From: a bacterium
GTDB lineage: Bacteria > Zhuqueibacterota > Zhuqueibacteria > Zhuqueibacterales > Zhuqueibacteraceae
Assembly: GCA_044869275.1 (NCBI GenBank)
Contig: JBIOXB010000044.1
Location: 1-13,142, forward strand
DNA: 13,142 bases
Direction of reading: 5' to 3'
Positions 1-8,481 of this stretch are shown piece by piece (the stretch's first letter is position 1; each line of letters opens with the position of its first letter). The notes under the pieces were generated by a model. That model saw only the letters and a program-made list of their open reading frames with translations. It ran no database searches and was not told the DNA's origin. The position numbers were made by a program, and so were the translations under genes.

Positions 1-96
1 GTGTAAGCTGGATTTTTGGTATGATCAATCGTATTCACTTGAACTCACTTTTGCCTCCCGCGAGGGACAACCTTAATGCGCAAGCAAGGAGGTTCT

Positions 97-1275
97 ATGA
101 ATCTCAGACTCAACTATGACGAATCCAGCCTGCGGGCGGCGCGGATGAAAGTGGTGGGCGTTGGCGGCGCGGGCTGCAACGCCGTCAATCGCATGATTCA
201 GGCGGGATTGACCGGCGTGGATTTCGTCGCCATTAACACCGACGTCCAGGCGCTGGATTTGTCGCTGGCACAGAATCGCGTGCAAATCGGCAAAGGCACC
301 ACGCGCGGTTTGGGCGCAGGCGCCGATCCCGATATCGGCCGCAAGGCCATAGAAGAAGACCGCGATCTGGTGGCGGGCATTTTGGAAGAATGCGACATGG
401 TGTTCGTCACTTGCGGCATGGGCGGCGGCACGGGCACGGGCGCGGCGCCGATCGTGGCCGAGATTGCAAAGGATCTCGGCGCGCTCACGGTGGGCGTGGT
501 GACCAAACCGTTCATCTTCGAAGGCAACAAGAGACTGCGCCGCGCAGAAGAGGGTTTGCAGGAAATGAAGCAGCGCGTCGATACCATGATCGTCATTCCC
601 AACCAGCGCCTGCTTTCCGTCGTTCCCAAAGGCACGCCCTTGATCGAAGCCTTCCGCCAGGCCGACGATGTTTTGCTGCACGCGACCAAGGGCATTTCCG
701 ATCTCATCACCATTCCCGGTTTGATCAATCTCGATTTTGCCGATGTGCGCACGGTGATGAGCGAGATGGGTGATGCCTTGATGGGCGGTGGCGTGTCGAG
801 CGGCGACAGCCGCGCCGTGCAAGCCGCGCAGAATGCGATTTGCAGCCCGTTGCTCGAGGATGTTTCGATCTCCGGCGCGCTCGGTGTGCTGGTGAATATC
901 ACCGGCGGTGAGACTTTGACGCTGCACGAAATCAATGACGCGACCTCGGTGGTCTCGGAAGCGGCGGGCCCGGATGCCAATCTTATTTTCGGTGCGGTGA
1001 TCGATCCCACGATGGGCTCGGAGGTGAGGGTCACGGTGATTGCCACCGGTTTTCAAATCAACGGCCGCACCAACGGCAACGGCCGCCAGAAGAAGAACCT
1101 GCGCTACTTCGACACGATGGTGAAAGAACTGGAGATTCCGGCGTATCAGCGCAGGGAAAAGAACGGCGCGGCGGAGCCGATCATCCGGCCGATGGAGGAA
1201 GAATACATTCCCATGCCCGAACCGCCGGAAGATTATGAAGTGCCGGCTTTCTTGCGGAAGAGGATGAATTCGTAG
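97..1275 (+). CDS. ftsZ: Cell division GTPase FtsZ
   Basis: Contains [31 protein letters not shown], the tubulin signature GMGGGTGTG, the T7 loop INLDFADV and the C-terminal peptide VPAFLRK. ATG at 97 follows AAGGAGG (86-92), so it is preferred over the ORF-track start at 76. Confidence 0.99.
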   Translation: MNLRLNYDESSLRAARMKVVGVGGAGCNAVNRMIQAGLTGVDFVAINTDVQALDLSLAQNRVQIGKGTTRGLGAGADPDIGRKAIEEDRDLVAGILEECDMVFVTCGMGGGTGTGAAPIVAEIAKDLGALTVGVVTKPFIFEGNKRLRRAEEGLQEMKQRVDTMIVIPNQRLLSVVPKGTPLIEAFRQADDVLLHATKGISDLITIPGLINLDFADVRTVMSEMGDALMGGGVSSGDSRAVQAAQNAICSPLLEDVSISGALGVLVNITGGETLTLHEINDATSVVSEAAGPDANLIFGAVIDPTMGSEVRVTVIATGFQINGRTNGNGRQKKNLRYFDTMVKELEIPAYQRREKNGAAEPIIRPMEEEYIPMPEPPEDYEVPAFLRKRMNS

Positions 1276-1288
1276 GAGGATGAGAGAA

Positions 1289-1394
1289 AGACGTGAGAGG
1301 TGAAACGTGAGACGTAGGAAGTAAAACGTAAGACGATAGACGTGGCACGTACGAGGTGAAGCGGCTCACCTCTTTCGTCTCACGTCTATGGTCT
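1289..1394. repeat. Degenerate tandem heptamer repeat (consensus AGACGTG) with inverted copies forming a long hairpin
   Basis: Ten 7-nt units at 1289-1358 (AGACGTG AGAGGTG AAACGTG AGACGTA GGAAGTA AAACGTA AGACGAT AGACGTG GCACGTA CGAGGTG), then about four inverted units at 1366-1393. Arms 1331-1359 and 1366-1394 are complementary at 24/29 positions. Confidence 0.85.
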
Positions 1395-1499
1395 CCCTCA
1401 CACGGTGCCGCAGGCGCAATCAGCTTCGATCGCTCGATGAAATTGATTCGCGATTGGAGCCGTTTTTATTTTTGCCAGAGTAGAGCGAGGCGATCATGC

Positions 1500-1937
1500 T
1501 CATTTGGGAGTCGGTTCAACTGTTTCAATCGCAGCGATCCAAAGCTCCGGACCAGCGCCCTCTTTGCTGAGATCAACCCATTTTCCCCTTACTATCACCT
1601 GCTTCCCCACGAATGGCATAAGCTGATCCACGACTTGGGCACTGTAAACCGGCAGTTCGCCCTCCTCCGTGACCAAGGTGTAAGCGAGAGCGACCCGTGT
1701 GGCCGGGCCAACGGTCACCTGGCGTTCGCGTAACACCCCTCGCCAGTTTTTTTCCGGCTCAACACGCGCACGATACCAATCGGCCTGTGCGTGAATTTCT
1801 ACGACCTTGGTGTTCTGGCGCTCCACCTGCTGGTCATGCGTGCGCCGCGAGCACGCATGCCAGCTCATGCACGAGATTGCCATTAAAGCGAGGGCGGCAA
1901 CCTTGCGTCTGTTCGCTGAACAAATACAAGTAGTCAT
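1500..1937 (-). CDS. Small exported/lipoprotein-like hypothetical protein, possibly OB-fold
   Basis: Starts 14 nt after the S8 gene stop on the same strand. Has a basic RRK, a hydrophobic stretch and Cys (ISC / HAC), followed by a beta-rich body with 'LMPFVGKQVIVRGK', reminiscent of OB-fold strands. Confidence 0.75.
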   Translation of the reverse strand: MTTCICSANRRKVAALALMAISCMSWHACSRRTHDQQVERQNTKVVEIHAQADWYRARVEPEKNWRGVLRERQVTVGPATRVALAYTLVTEEGELPVYSAQVVDQLMPFVGKQVIVRGKWVDLSKEGAGPELWIAAIETVEPTPK

Positions 1938-1951
1938 GGCTCATGCTTCTT

Positions 1952-3826
1952 TCAATGTACGCGTACATGTGCGGACCAATATACAGATTGCGTTCCGGTG
2001 GGCACATGGTACCCGCGAATCCGCAATGTCCATGTTCCCGCGGCTACCGCGCCGCCCACATGCGCCCGTTCAAAAACACTGGGGATAGAAACGCTGAGGT
2101 CGCGCTCGTTGTTGCCCGGGTCAACCAAGTACAAATCAATATCATTGTGCGCCTGGCTCGGGGTTTCAGGCCACCACAGGGCACCATCAAGGTTGTTCGG
2201 CGAAGCACCACCGAGGGTTAGGGGAATATTGATGGTGACGCCATTGCCCACGGCGACTTTGCCCCACCACGCCCAGCCATCAGTAGGCAGACGCAACGGC
2301 CCTGCGCCACTCGTATTGTTGAAGGGATAGGGCTGCTGGCCGGACAAAATCACTTGTGCATAAACTTGGCCGGGATCAATGCTGAAACTGGCACCTCGCA
2401 GCCAGTTGCGCAAAAGCGCTGCGGCGCCGGCCGCGAAGGGTGTGGCGCAGCTGGTGCCGCCAAAGATTCTCAACGCGGTATCAGAAGCATTGCTGGCAGT
2501 CTCGGTGTTCGTCGGCGCTTGGATATCGGGTTTATAACGATTATCTGGAGCGGGACCACGGCTTTGGCTGGTAATTTGGGTCTGCGTTTGCAAGTCAAAG
2601 TTCCCGACCCCGATAACTTTGTGGGCATTGGCAGGAGCATTAACCGTGCTGGCGGCCGGGCCGTTATTCCCGTTCGCCGCAATGACCACTGCACCACAAT
2701 CGAAAGCATGGTCAGCAGCGGTCGAAATGCTGCTGCGATCATCTCCACCTCCTTGCATTTCGGCTACGATCACACGATCCAATACCGCCACAGCGGCTTG
2801 AAAACCGCGCACCGCAGCTCCAGCATCGAGGCCGCCGCAAGAATTGGGATAGACTTTAAAACTGTCCAAAATGATGCCGGTCACGCCGCGATAGGCGTTT
2901 CCTTGATTGCCATTGGCGGTGATGATGGCGGCGCTGGAAGTGCCATGATTCCAGCAATCATCGTTCGGGTTCAGGCCGGCGCCGGTATTGCAATCGGCTC
3001 CGCCGCTGACGCAATCGCGTCGAAAATCGATGTGGGAAGGATTGTTGAACTGCGTGTGGGTGAAACGCAGGCCGGTATCCAGCAGGCCGATCCATCCGCC
3101 GGTCAAGCCCAGATCGAAATAAGGATCGCTGACGAGGCGGGCCCGGCCGTCGTCCACATCGTTGTTGTTGTTTGCATCTTGGGGAGGCTGCTCGCCGGCG
3201 TTTTGGGGCTCGACATACAGCACATCCTCGCGCGCGGCCAGCGCCTGCACAGCACGCAGTGGCATCTCAACCGCAACGCCGTTGATCAGCCAGTACGTCT
3301 CCAACACCTGCGCTTGATAACGGCTTCCCAGCTCTTCTCGCAGTTTTTGATAATTCGAGCTGCGCCGTTCTTCCATTTGGCGAATCAGCTCCTGTGCACG
3401 CGCCAAAGCGCGCTTGTTGATTGCGGACTCGCGAGGCTGGTCCGTCGCCGGCTCTGGAAAACGCGGCAAGCGCAGATCATCGCGAAAGTTGACGAGCATC
3501 CGCTCATTTTGCTCGCTTGGGCGTTCTTCCAGCCATTTCTTCAGCACGGGATGAATCTTTTCCGTAGGTCTGATTTCACCCTCGTCTTCAGGTTTTTTTC
3601 TTTCAAACGGCTCTTGCGTGAAAGTCTCTTTGGACAGCTCCACGGAGGAAAATTGCAGAATCTTGCCTTTTTCGATCCGTGCAGCATTGGCCTTGTTGTA
3701 GGGATCTTCATTTTCCCTCGGCTCCGGTATGGGCTTTCTCTTGCAAGCAGAAAGCAATACGAGTACAACAAGTACTGCGTGAAGATAGGAACCGTTTCTG
3801 AAAAATAAAAGCCTTGTGTGTCGCAT
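1952..3826 (-). CDS. S8 (subtilisin-family) serine peptidase, lipoprotein, with I9-like prodomain and C-terminal PPC-like domain
   Basis: Lipobox LSA-C28; prodomain-like 'YWLINGVAVEM...DVLYVEP'; catalytic D250 (LLDTG), H294 (NHGT) and S459 (GTSCATP); oxyanion N (AANGN); SRGP...KPDI; C-terminal 'NDIDLYLVDP...GTWTLRI'. An AAGGA SD lies upstream of the start. Confidence 0.93.
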   Translation of the reverse strand: MRHTRLLFFRNGSYLHAVLVVLVLLSACKRKPIPEPRENEDPYNKANAARIEKGKILQFSSVELSKETFTQEPFERKKPEDEGEIRPTEKIHPVLKKWLEERPSEQNERMLVNFRDDLRLPRFPEPATDQPRESAINKRALARAQELIRQMEERRSSNYQKLREELGSRYQAQVLETYWLINGVAVEMPLRAVQALAAREDVLYVEPQNAGEQPPQDANNNNDVDDGRARLVSDPYFDLGLTGGWIGLLDTGLRFTHTQFNNPSHIDFRRDCVSGGADCNTGAGLNPNDDCWNHGTSSAAIITANGNQGNAYRGVTGIILDSFKVYPNSCGGLDAGAAVRGFQAAVAVLDRVIVAEMQGGGDDRSSISTAADHAFDCGAVVIAANGNNGPAASTVNAPANAHKVIGVGNFDLQTQTQITSQSRGPAPDNRYKPDIQAPTNTETASNASDTALRIFGGTSCATPFAAGAAALLRNWLRGASFSIDPGQVYAQVILSGQQPYPFNNTSGAGPLRLPTDGWAWWGKVAVGNGVTINIPLTLGGASPNNLDGALWWPETPSQAHNDIDLYLVDPGNNERDLSVSIPSVFERAHVGGAVAAGTWTLRIRGYHVPTGTQSVYWSAHVRVH

Positions 3827-4032
3827 GGTGCACTTTCCTTTTGTTTTTTTTGATTCATAGGGTTAGGAACAAACTGTGCCGCTCTGATTTTAAGGACACG
3901 AAAAAGCGATTCGACTCGCACGATTTTGCTTTCTCGCGAAAAAATGGGCCAGATTTGGCAAATTCGAGCCCGAATATTTCTAAACTCCCCGCGTGCAGCA
4001 TCGTTTGAGAGCATCCCTTCGCAAAAAAACGC

Positions 4033-4061
4033 TTGACTGCCTGTTTTTAAAGTTTTACTTT
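4033..4061 (+). promoter_or_regulatory. Putative sigma70-type promoter for the barrel/lipoprotein operon
   Basis: TTGACT (4033-4038), 17-nt spacer, TACTTT (4056-4061), preceded by an A-tract (possible UP element). Confidence 0.55.
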
Positions 4062-4128
4062 TGCTTTGGTCACGAGGATAATTTTCCGGCTTTTAAGTCA
4101 GTCACGGCTGAGTCGGGAGAAATCCGTC

Positions 4129-5055
4129 ATGCGAAAATGTTGGTTCCTCGCGGCCGCTGCTTTTGTAATCACCCTCATCTCCGTGCCCGGACGGGCGCAG
4201 AATCTGCCTTGGCTCTCGCCGCAGCGTTTATCTCTGTCACTCGCCTCCACTTATTTTTTCAATCCCTGGGACAACTACAATAATGCTCTCGCCAGGGTGA
4301 CGGACCGCATCCGCTTGGATCCGTATTTCGTCGAGCCGGAAGGATACTATGAAGAAATCAATGGCGACCTTGCTTTGCAAGGAACGCTGAGCTACAAAAT
4401 TCTCGGCAGAATCGCAGCACGTGTGACCGGCCAATATGGTCAAAGCTCGTCCCAATTTGAGTTTTATCCTGAGCCGGACAAACTTCCGGAATCTGCTTAC
4501 AGCGATGCGTTTCATCAAGAGTTGAATTGGGAATATTGGTCGGTGGGGGCGGGCGCCTCTTATCAAGTGCCGGTCGCAAACAGATGGCATCTCAAGATCA
4601 GTGCCGACGTAGAACGCTACTCGGCGCACTTGAACTTGAAATGGCGCCAAAGCTATTACGCCGACGGGCCATTGCCGGAGGACGAGGGCGACATTGTGCA
4701 AGCGAATTTCGAGGATCAGACTTGGGGCGGAAGGCTCACTGCTGCCGTGCAATGGCAATGCGCGGGGCCGCTGGTGCTGGTGGCCGGAGCAAGTTATCGC
4801 TTTACGGAATTCGATCAGCTCGAGGGCCCGGCAGCGTATAGCAATTTTTACCTCGAAAATGTGCCATTTACCGCGGCCTTGGTCGAAGCACCCAATTATT
4901 TCGGCGTGCGCATCAAAGAAAAGGGCGCCGGCGAGTACGATTTTTTCCTCCCGCCGCTCACCTTTCTAACTTCGCCGGACGAAAATGCCAGGGTGCCGGC
5001 CAAAGTTGATTTGAGTTCTTTCGGATTGACTCTCGGCATACAGGTAGGGTTCTGA
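4129..5055 (+). CDS. Outer-membrane beta-barrel protein (about 8 strands)
   Basis: Signal peptide MRKCWFLAAAAFVITLISVPGRA|Q from the ATG at 4129, with a GGAGA SD at 4116-4120. Eight amphipathic strands are visible, and the protein ends in a BAM-type beta-signal (GLTLGIQVGF, terminal Phe). Confidence 0.8.
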   Translation: MRKCWFLAAAAFVITLISVPGRAQNLPWLSPQRLSLSLASTYFFNPWDNYNNALARVTDRIRLDPYFVEPEGYYEEINGDLALQGTLSYKILGRIAARVTGQYGQSSSQFEFYPEPDKLPESAYSDAFHQELNWEYWSVGAGASYQVPVANRWHLKISADVERYSAHLNLKWRQSYYADGPLPEDEGDIVQANFEDQTWGGRLTAAVQWQCAGPLVLVAGASYRFTEFDQLEGPAAYSNFYLENVPFTAALVEAPNYFGVRIKEKGAGEYDFFLPPLTFLTSPDENARVPAKVDLSSFGLTLGIQVGF

Positions 5056-5056
5056 A

Positions 5057-6202
5057 ATGCGCACCTTAACCATCCTGCTTCTGGCCGGCGTGGTGAGTGG
5101 CTGTAACGAGCGCGTCGGCATCGCACCCACGCTCACCAACGACGACAACTGGGCGCCGCAGATCATGCTGGGCCAAAGCAATTATCAACGCGTCCAGTTG
5201 TTCCTGAGCCAGCCGCCCGAGCTGCAAATCTACCGCAATCTTTCACGCTATGTCTTCTACGCGGGGAAAGGCAACCAGCCCTTGGTTCCCATCGATACGG
5301 TTGCGCTGCCCTATTATGGCTTGTTTCGCTACAAAGCTTTCAATCGATATCTCTCGGCGCCCCTGTTCGAACAGAATACGGCGTATACTCTTTTGGTGGC
5401 CGCGGAGTATCACAACGGCACCAAGCGCACGGGAGGAGGCTTCGAATTCGTCAGCCCGGCCGTAAAGGGAAAAATATTGCGGCGCCTTGCCCCGCCACCG
5501 GAACTATCACCTGTTTACTTTGGCATTTTGAACACCTTTGCCTTTAGTGGGGGGTATTTGTACGCTTTGATTTTCGACCGACTCTATCGCCTCGATCCGG
5601 GGGGCGGCCCTGCCGAGCTTTTGAGGGAGAATCTTCAGAAAAACGACGATCGCGTTTCTTTTCACTATCTCGATATGGCCATGCATGGCGATACCACCTT
5701 CTTATCTGAGCATCCCCGCCAAATGCCGCAAACGATGATCGTGGTGCGTTTGCCTGTGGGCACTCAGGAGCTGAATCGTGATTGGCGCTTGGATATTCCC
5801 AGCGGCGCCTATTCCGGACGTTTGCTTTGTCATGATGGCACCCACCTGTATCTGGTCTGGGTGTTCGAAGATGGCGCCCGTCAAATTATCAAGTTGGACG
5901 GCAGCAACGGCCGAGTTGCCGAAGTTTTTCCCAAGTTCCAGAACGAGCTTCTGCGCGACTATTCCGACAACAACGTGGCCGTTGCCGGCAACGAGCTTTG
6001 GATCGCCACCCACGCTGCTTCGAATTACTTTGTATCTTTTGACAACCGTTTGTCCCGCTTCGATGCTCGCGGCGAAGTGCTGGCACCCGAGCATCGCGAT
6101 CCGGTTTTCTCCTCCAGCGGCTTGGCTTGGGATGGTTCTCATTTCTGGGTGTTTGATAGTGAAACCTACACCTTCGCCCAGCTCGAGTTGGAAGGCTTGT
6201 AA
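5057..6202 (+). CDS. Lipoprotein with Fn3/Ig-like N-terminal domain and beta-propeller-like C-terminal domain
   Basis: Lipobox VSG-C; Fn3-like segment 'NTAYTLLVAAEYHNG'; blade-like repeats (FAFSGGYLY, MAMHGDTTF, LCHDGTHLY, VAVAGNELW, LAWDGSHFW). Starts 1 nt after the upstream stop (TGAAATG). Confidence 0.8.
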   Translation: MRTLTILLLAGVVSGCNERVGIAPTLTNDDNWAPQIMLGQSNYQRVQLFLSQPPELQIYRNLSRYVFYAGKGNQPLVPIDTVALPYYGLFRYKAFNRYLSAPLFEQNTAYTLLVAAEYHNGTKRTGGGFEFVSPAVKGKILRRLAPPPELSPVYFGILNTFAFSGGYLYALIFDRLYRLDPGGGPAELLRENLQKNDDRVSFHYLDMAMHGDTTFLSEHPRQMPQTMIVVRLPVGTQELNRDWRLDIPSGAYSGRLLCHDGTHLYLVWVFEDGARQIIKLDGSNGRVAEVFPKFQNELLRDYSDNNVAVAGNELWIATHAASNYFVSFDNRLSRFDARGEVLAPEHRDPVFSSSGLAWDGSHFWVFDSETYTFAQLELEGL

Positions 6203-6274
6203 GCCGCGCGCGTCCGGCCTGTTTCCTTCTGGTCTTTTGTGATTTCGCCCTTGTTTTTTCCTTCCGAAAACCCC

Positions 6275-6303
6275 TTGCTTTTTCCCCGCGAATTTTCCAT
6301 TAT
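6275..6303 (+). promoter_or_regulatory. Possible sigma70-type promoter of the ECF cluster
   Basis: TTGCTT (6275-6280), 17-nt spacer, CATTAT (6298-6303), in an AT-rich intergenic region. Confidence 0.35.
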
Positions 6304-6374
6304 TTGTCCTCAATCTTTAATGCTCATCTCGATGAAGTGGATGGAACAAGGAAGTAAAAGCCATAGGCATTTCT

Positions 6375-7001
6375 ATGAATCGTGATGCGGAGATCACAAC
6401 GGGAAAGCAATTCTACAAAACTGGGAACGAGGTGGCAGCCTGCACGGATGCGGAGCTGCTCACGGCCATGGCGCAGCGCCAAGATTGGGCGCTGGCCGAG
6501 TTGTACGATCGCTATTCGACCGTGCTTTACAGTCTGGCCATGAAAATCCTGGGGGACGCCGCACCCGCCCAGGACGTTTTGCAGGAAACCTTTCTCACGG
6601 CGTGGCGCAAGGCGGAACTGTATAATCAAAAACGCGGTAACGTGGGCACGTGGCTGATCGTGCTGTGCCGCAATCTCGCCATCGATCATTATCGCGCCAA
6701 GATGCGCCTCGCCAGCCGTCGCGTCGCGCTCGAAGCTGCTGCAGACGTCTTGATGGCCCAGTCCGACGATCCGGCCAATACCGCGATGGCCATGGAAGAC
6801 GGGCGTTTGCTGCGGCAAGCCCTGATGCAATTGCCGCCGGAACAAAAACAGGTAATCGAGATGGCTTACTTTCAAGGCTTGAGCCAGTCGGAAATCGCCG
6901 AAGCTACCAGCACGCCATTGGGCACGGTCAAAACGCGCACGCGTCAAGCGATGATGAAGCTGCGCGAGCATTTGCAGCAGGCGGGAAAGAATACGGTGTA
7001 A
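6375..7001 (+). CDS. ECF (group 4) sigma-70 family RNA polymerase sigma factor, SigK-like
   Basis: Region 2 'LYDRYS...AQDVLQETFLTAWRKA...TWL...RNLAIDHYR' and region 4 'LPPEQKQVIEMAYFQGLSQSEIA...PLGTVKTRTR'; 208 aa with no region 3. Confidence 0.96.
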   Translation: MNRDAEITTGKQFYKTGNEVAACTDAELLTAMAQRQDWALAELYDRYSTVLYSLAMKILGDAAPAQDVLQETFLTAWRKAELYNQKRGNVGTWLIVLCRNLAIDHYRAKMRLASRRVALEAAADVLMAQSDDPANTAMAMEDGRLLRQALMQLPPEQKQVIEMAYFQGLSQSEIAEATSTPLGTVKTRTRQAMMKLREHLQQAGKNTV

Positions 7002-7058
7002 TTTTTTAAATGGCGGGAGAAGTACTCCGTGGCAGGTGCATTCCATACAAAATGAATT

Positions 7059-7682
7059 ATGAACGAGCAACCACACGATAACTTGAGCGCCTATTTGTTG
7101 GGTGCGTGGGATGAAGAACGAGAAGACAAGTTCGCGGTGTTGCTGCAGCGCGCTTCACCGCAAGAGCGTTTGGCGATATACGATCTTCTTCGCATCCTCA
7201 AAACGCTGCCTTATACGCTCGACCAGCATGCGCCGCCGGCCGCATTAAAGGCAAAGATATTGGCATTGGCAAACGCGCCGGAAGCGGCGCGCAAAACCTC
7301 CGCCGTGCCACCGGTGCAATTGTGGAAAAACTGGAAAGCGGGTGCGGCCGCGGAAGAACTGGTCATCCAACGCCGCCACGAAGGCGCGTGGGAAGCCACC
7401 GGCGTGGAAGGCGTCGAAGTCAAACGGCTTTTTGCCGATGCCGCGCGTGGCTACGTCACCATGCTGGTGCGCATGGCCGCGGGTTCGTCCTACCCGAGCC
7501 ATCGCCATGCCGGGTATGAAGAGTGCTATGTCCTGCAAGGAGATTTGAGCGTGGGTGAGACGGCACTGCATGCGGGCGATTATCAACGCGCCGAAGGCGG
7601 ATCCGTGCACATGGTACAAAGCACGAAAGACGGCTGCTTGCTGTTCATCGTTTCATCTCAGCATGATGAGTTATTGGCCTGA
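7059..7682 (+). CDS. ChrR-like cupin-domain protein / putative soluble anti-sigma factor (paralog 1)
   Basis: N-terminal 'AYLLGAWDEERE...PPAALKAKIL' resembles an anti-sigma domain. C-terminal cupin 'W...GVEVKRL...YPSHRHAGYEECYVLQGD...GDY...GSVH...GCLL'. No transmembrane segment. Confidence 0.88.
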   Translation: MNEQPHDNLSAYLLGAWDEEREDKFAVLLQRASPQERLAIYDLLRILKTLPYTLDQHAPPAALKAKILALANAPEAARKTSAVPPVQLWKNWKAGAAAEELVIQRRHEGAWEATGVEGVEVKRLFADAARGYVTMLVRMAAGSSYPSHRHAGYEECYVLQGDLSVGETALHAGDYQRAEGGSVHMVQSTKDGCLLFIVSSQHDELLA

Positions 7683-7857
7683 GCAGGCGTTTGAGCCAGC
7701 GCACGGTGTTTTTTTATTGCTGCCAAGCTGTGCAAACTGATTTTACCCCGTGTTCGTACTGCTATAAGAAGCGTATGGCAAATAAGTTAAGCACAGCTTG
7801 AACGCAGCGCCAGGTCCCCTTCTCCAAAATGATGAGCCGGTGTTTTTGGTGTGAAAG

Positions 7858-8481
7858 ATGAAGTTTGACGACGCCATCGATCTTCTCTTCGGCTTGGGCC
7901 TGGGCGTTCTCGAAGATACGGAACGGGAACGCGCCGTGCGATTATTGGCGGACGAGGTGGTGGCGCAGGGCATGACGCCGGAGGTGCGGCGCATTTTGCT
8001 CGCCTTGCTTTTTGCCGTTCCGCCGCACGTGCCGCCGGCTGCCTTGAAAAAGGCTACTTTGGAAAGAATCGCGCAGGAAAAGATAGCAGATCCAGATTCA
8101 GCCGCTTTTCACTCTGCTGCACCTCAAAAAGACCCGGTGGCCTCCGCAGAGGTTTTTACTTGCCGCCACGAGGAAGGCGTTTGGGAAGAAACCGGCTTGC
8201 CGGGCGTCAGCTTTAAGAAGCTTTTTGTGGATCAACAGCGTGATTATGTCACTTTGCTGCTACGGCTGGAGGCAGGTGCAACCTATCCCAGCCACCAGCA
8301 TGGCGGCTATGAAGAATGCCTGGTTCTGGAGGGGGATGTACGCTCTGGCGAGGTGAGATTACGCGGTGGCGATTACCAGCGCATGACCGGAGGATCGCTG
8401 CATCATGCCTTGTACACGCAGGCAGGGTGTTTGTTGTTGTTGATTGCCTCGCAGGAAAATGAAATCCTGGCGCCACATTGA
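7858..8481 (+). CDS. ChrR-like cupin-domain protein / putative soluble anti-sigma factor (paralog 2)
   Basis: N-terminal 'LGLGVLEDTERER...PPAALKKATL'; cupin 'YPSHQHGGYEECLVLEGD...GDY...GSLH...GCLL'. About 58/109 identities to paralog 1 over the cupin region (hand count). Confidence 0.88.
   Translation: MKFDDAIDLLFGLGLGVLEDTERERAVRLLADEVVAQGMTPEVRRILLALLFAVPPHVPPAALKKATLERIAQEKIADPDSAAFHSAAPQKDPVASAEVFTCRHEEGVWEETGLPGVSFKKLFVDQQRDYVTLLLRLEAGATYPSHQHGGYEECLVLEGDVRSGEVRLRGGDYQRMTGGSLHHALYTQAGCLLLLIASQENEILAPH

Noticed and set aside
73..1056. 327-aa and 282-aa minus-strand ORFs
   Set aside because: Antisense shadows of the GC-rich ftsZ gene, with no recognisable motifs.
1181..1369. 62-aa minus-strand ORF with SHVS/SYV-like periodicity
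   Set aside because: A translation artefact of the heptamer repeat; it overlaps ftsZ.
1289..1394. Possible CRISPR array
   Set aside because: The units are contiguous 7-mers without spacers, and there are no cas genes in the window.
2354..3808. 484-aa plus-strand ORF
   Set aside because: Lies entirely antisense to the S8 peptidase; a typical shadow ORF with no family features.
3867..3881. Sigma54-like GGCAC on the minus strand upstream of the S8 gene
   Set aside because: There is no TTGC at the -12 position (it reads GTTC).
7777..7845. Loose resemblance to a c-di-GMP-I (GEMM) riboswitch (GGCAAA-stem-ACGCA...GCCAGGTC...ATGA..GCCGG)
   Set aside because: It lacks the GNRA tetraloop, the GCAAA junction, the UAA receptor and the 3' ligand-pairing segment. 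An Infernal search with the c-di-GMP-I model would settle it.
7704..7847. MITE interpretation of the inverted plus direct repeats
   Set aside because: The direct repeats do not abut the inverted repeats as target-site duplications should, and no transposase is nearby.
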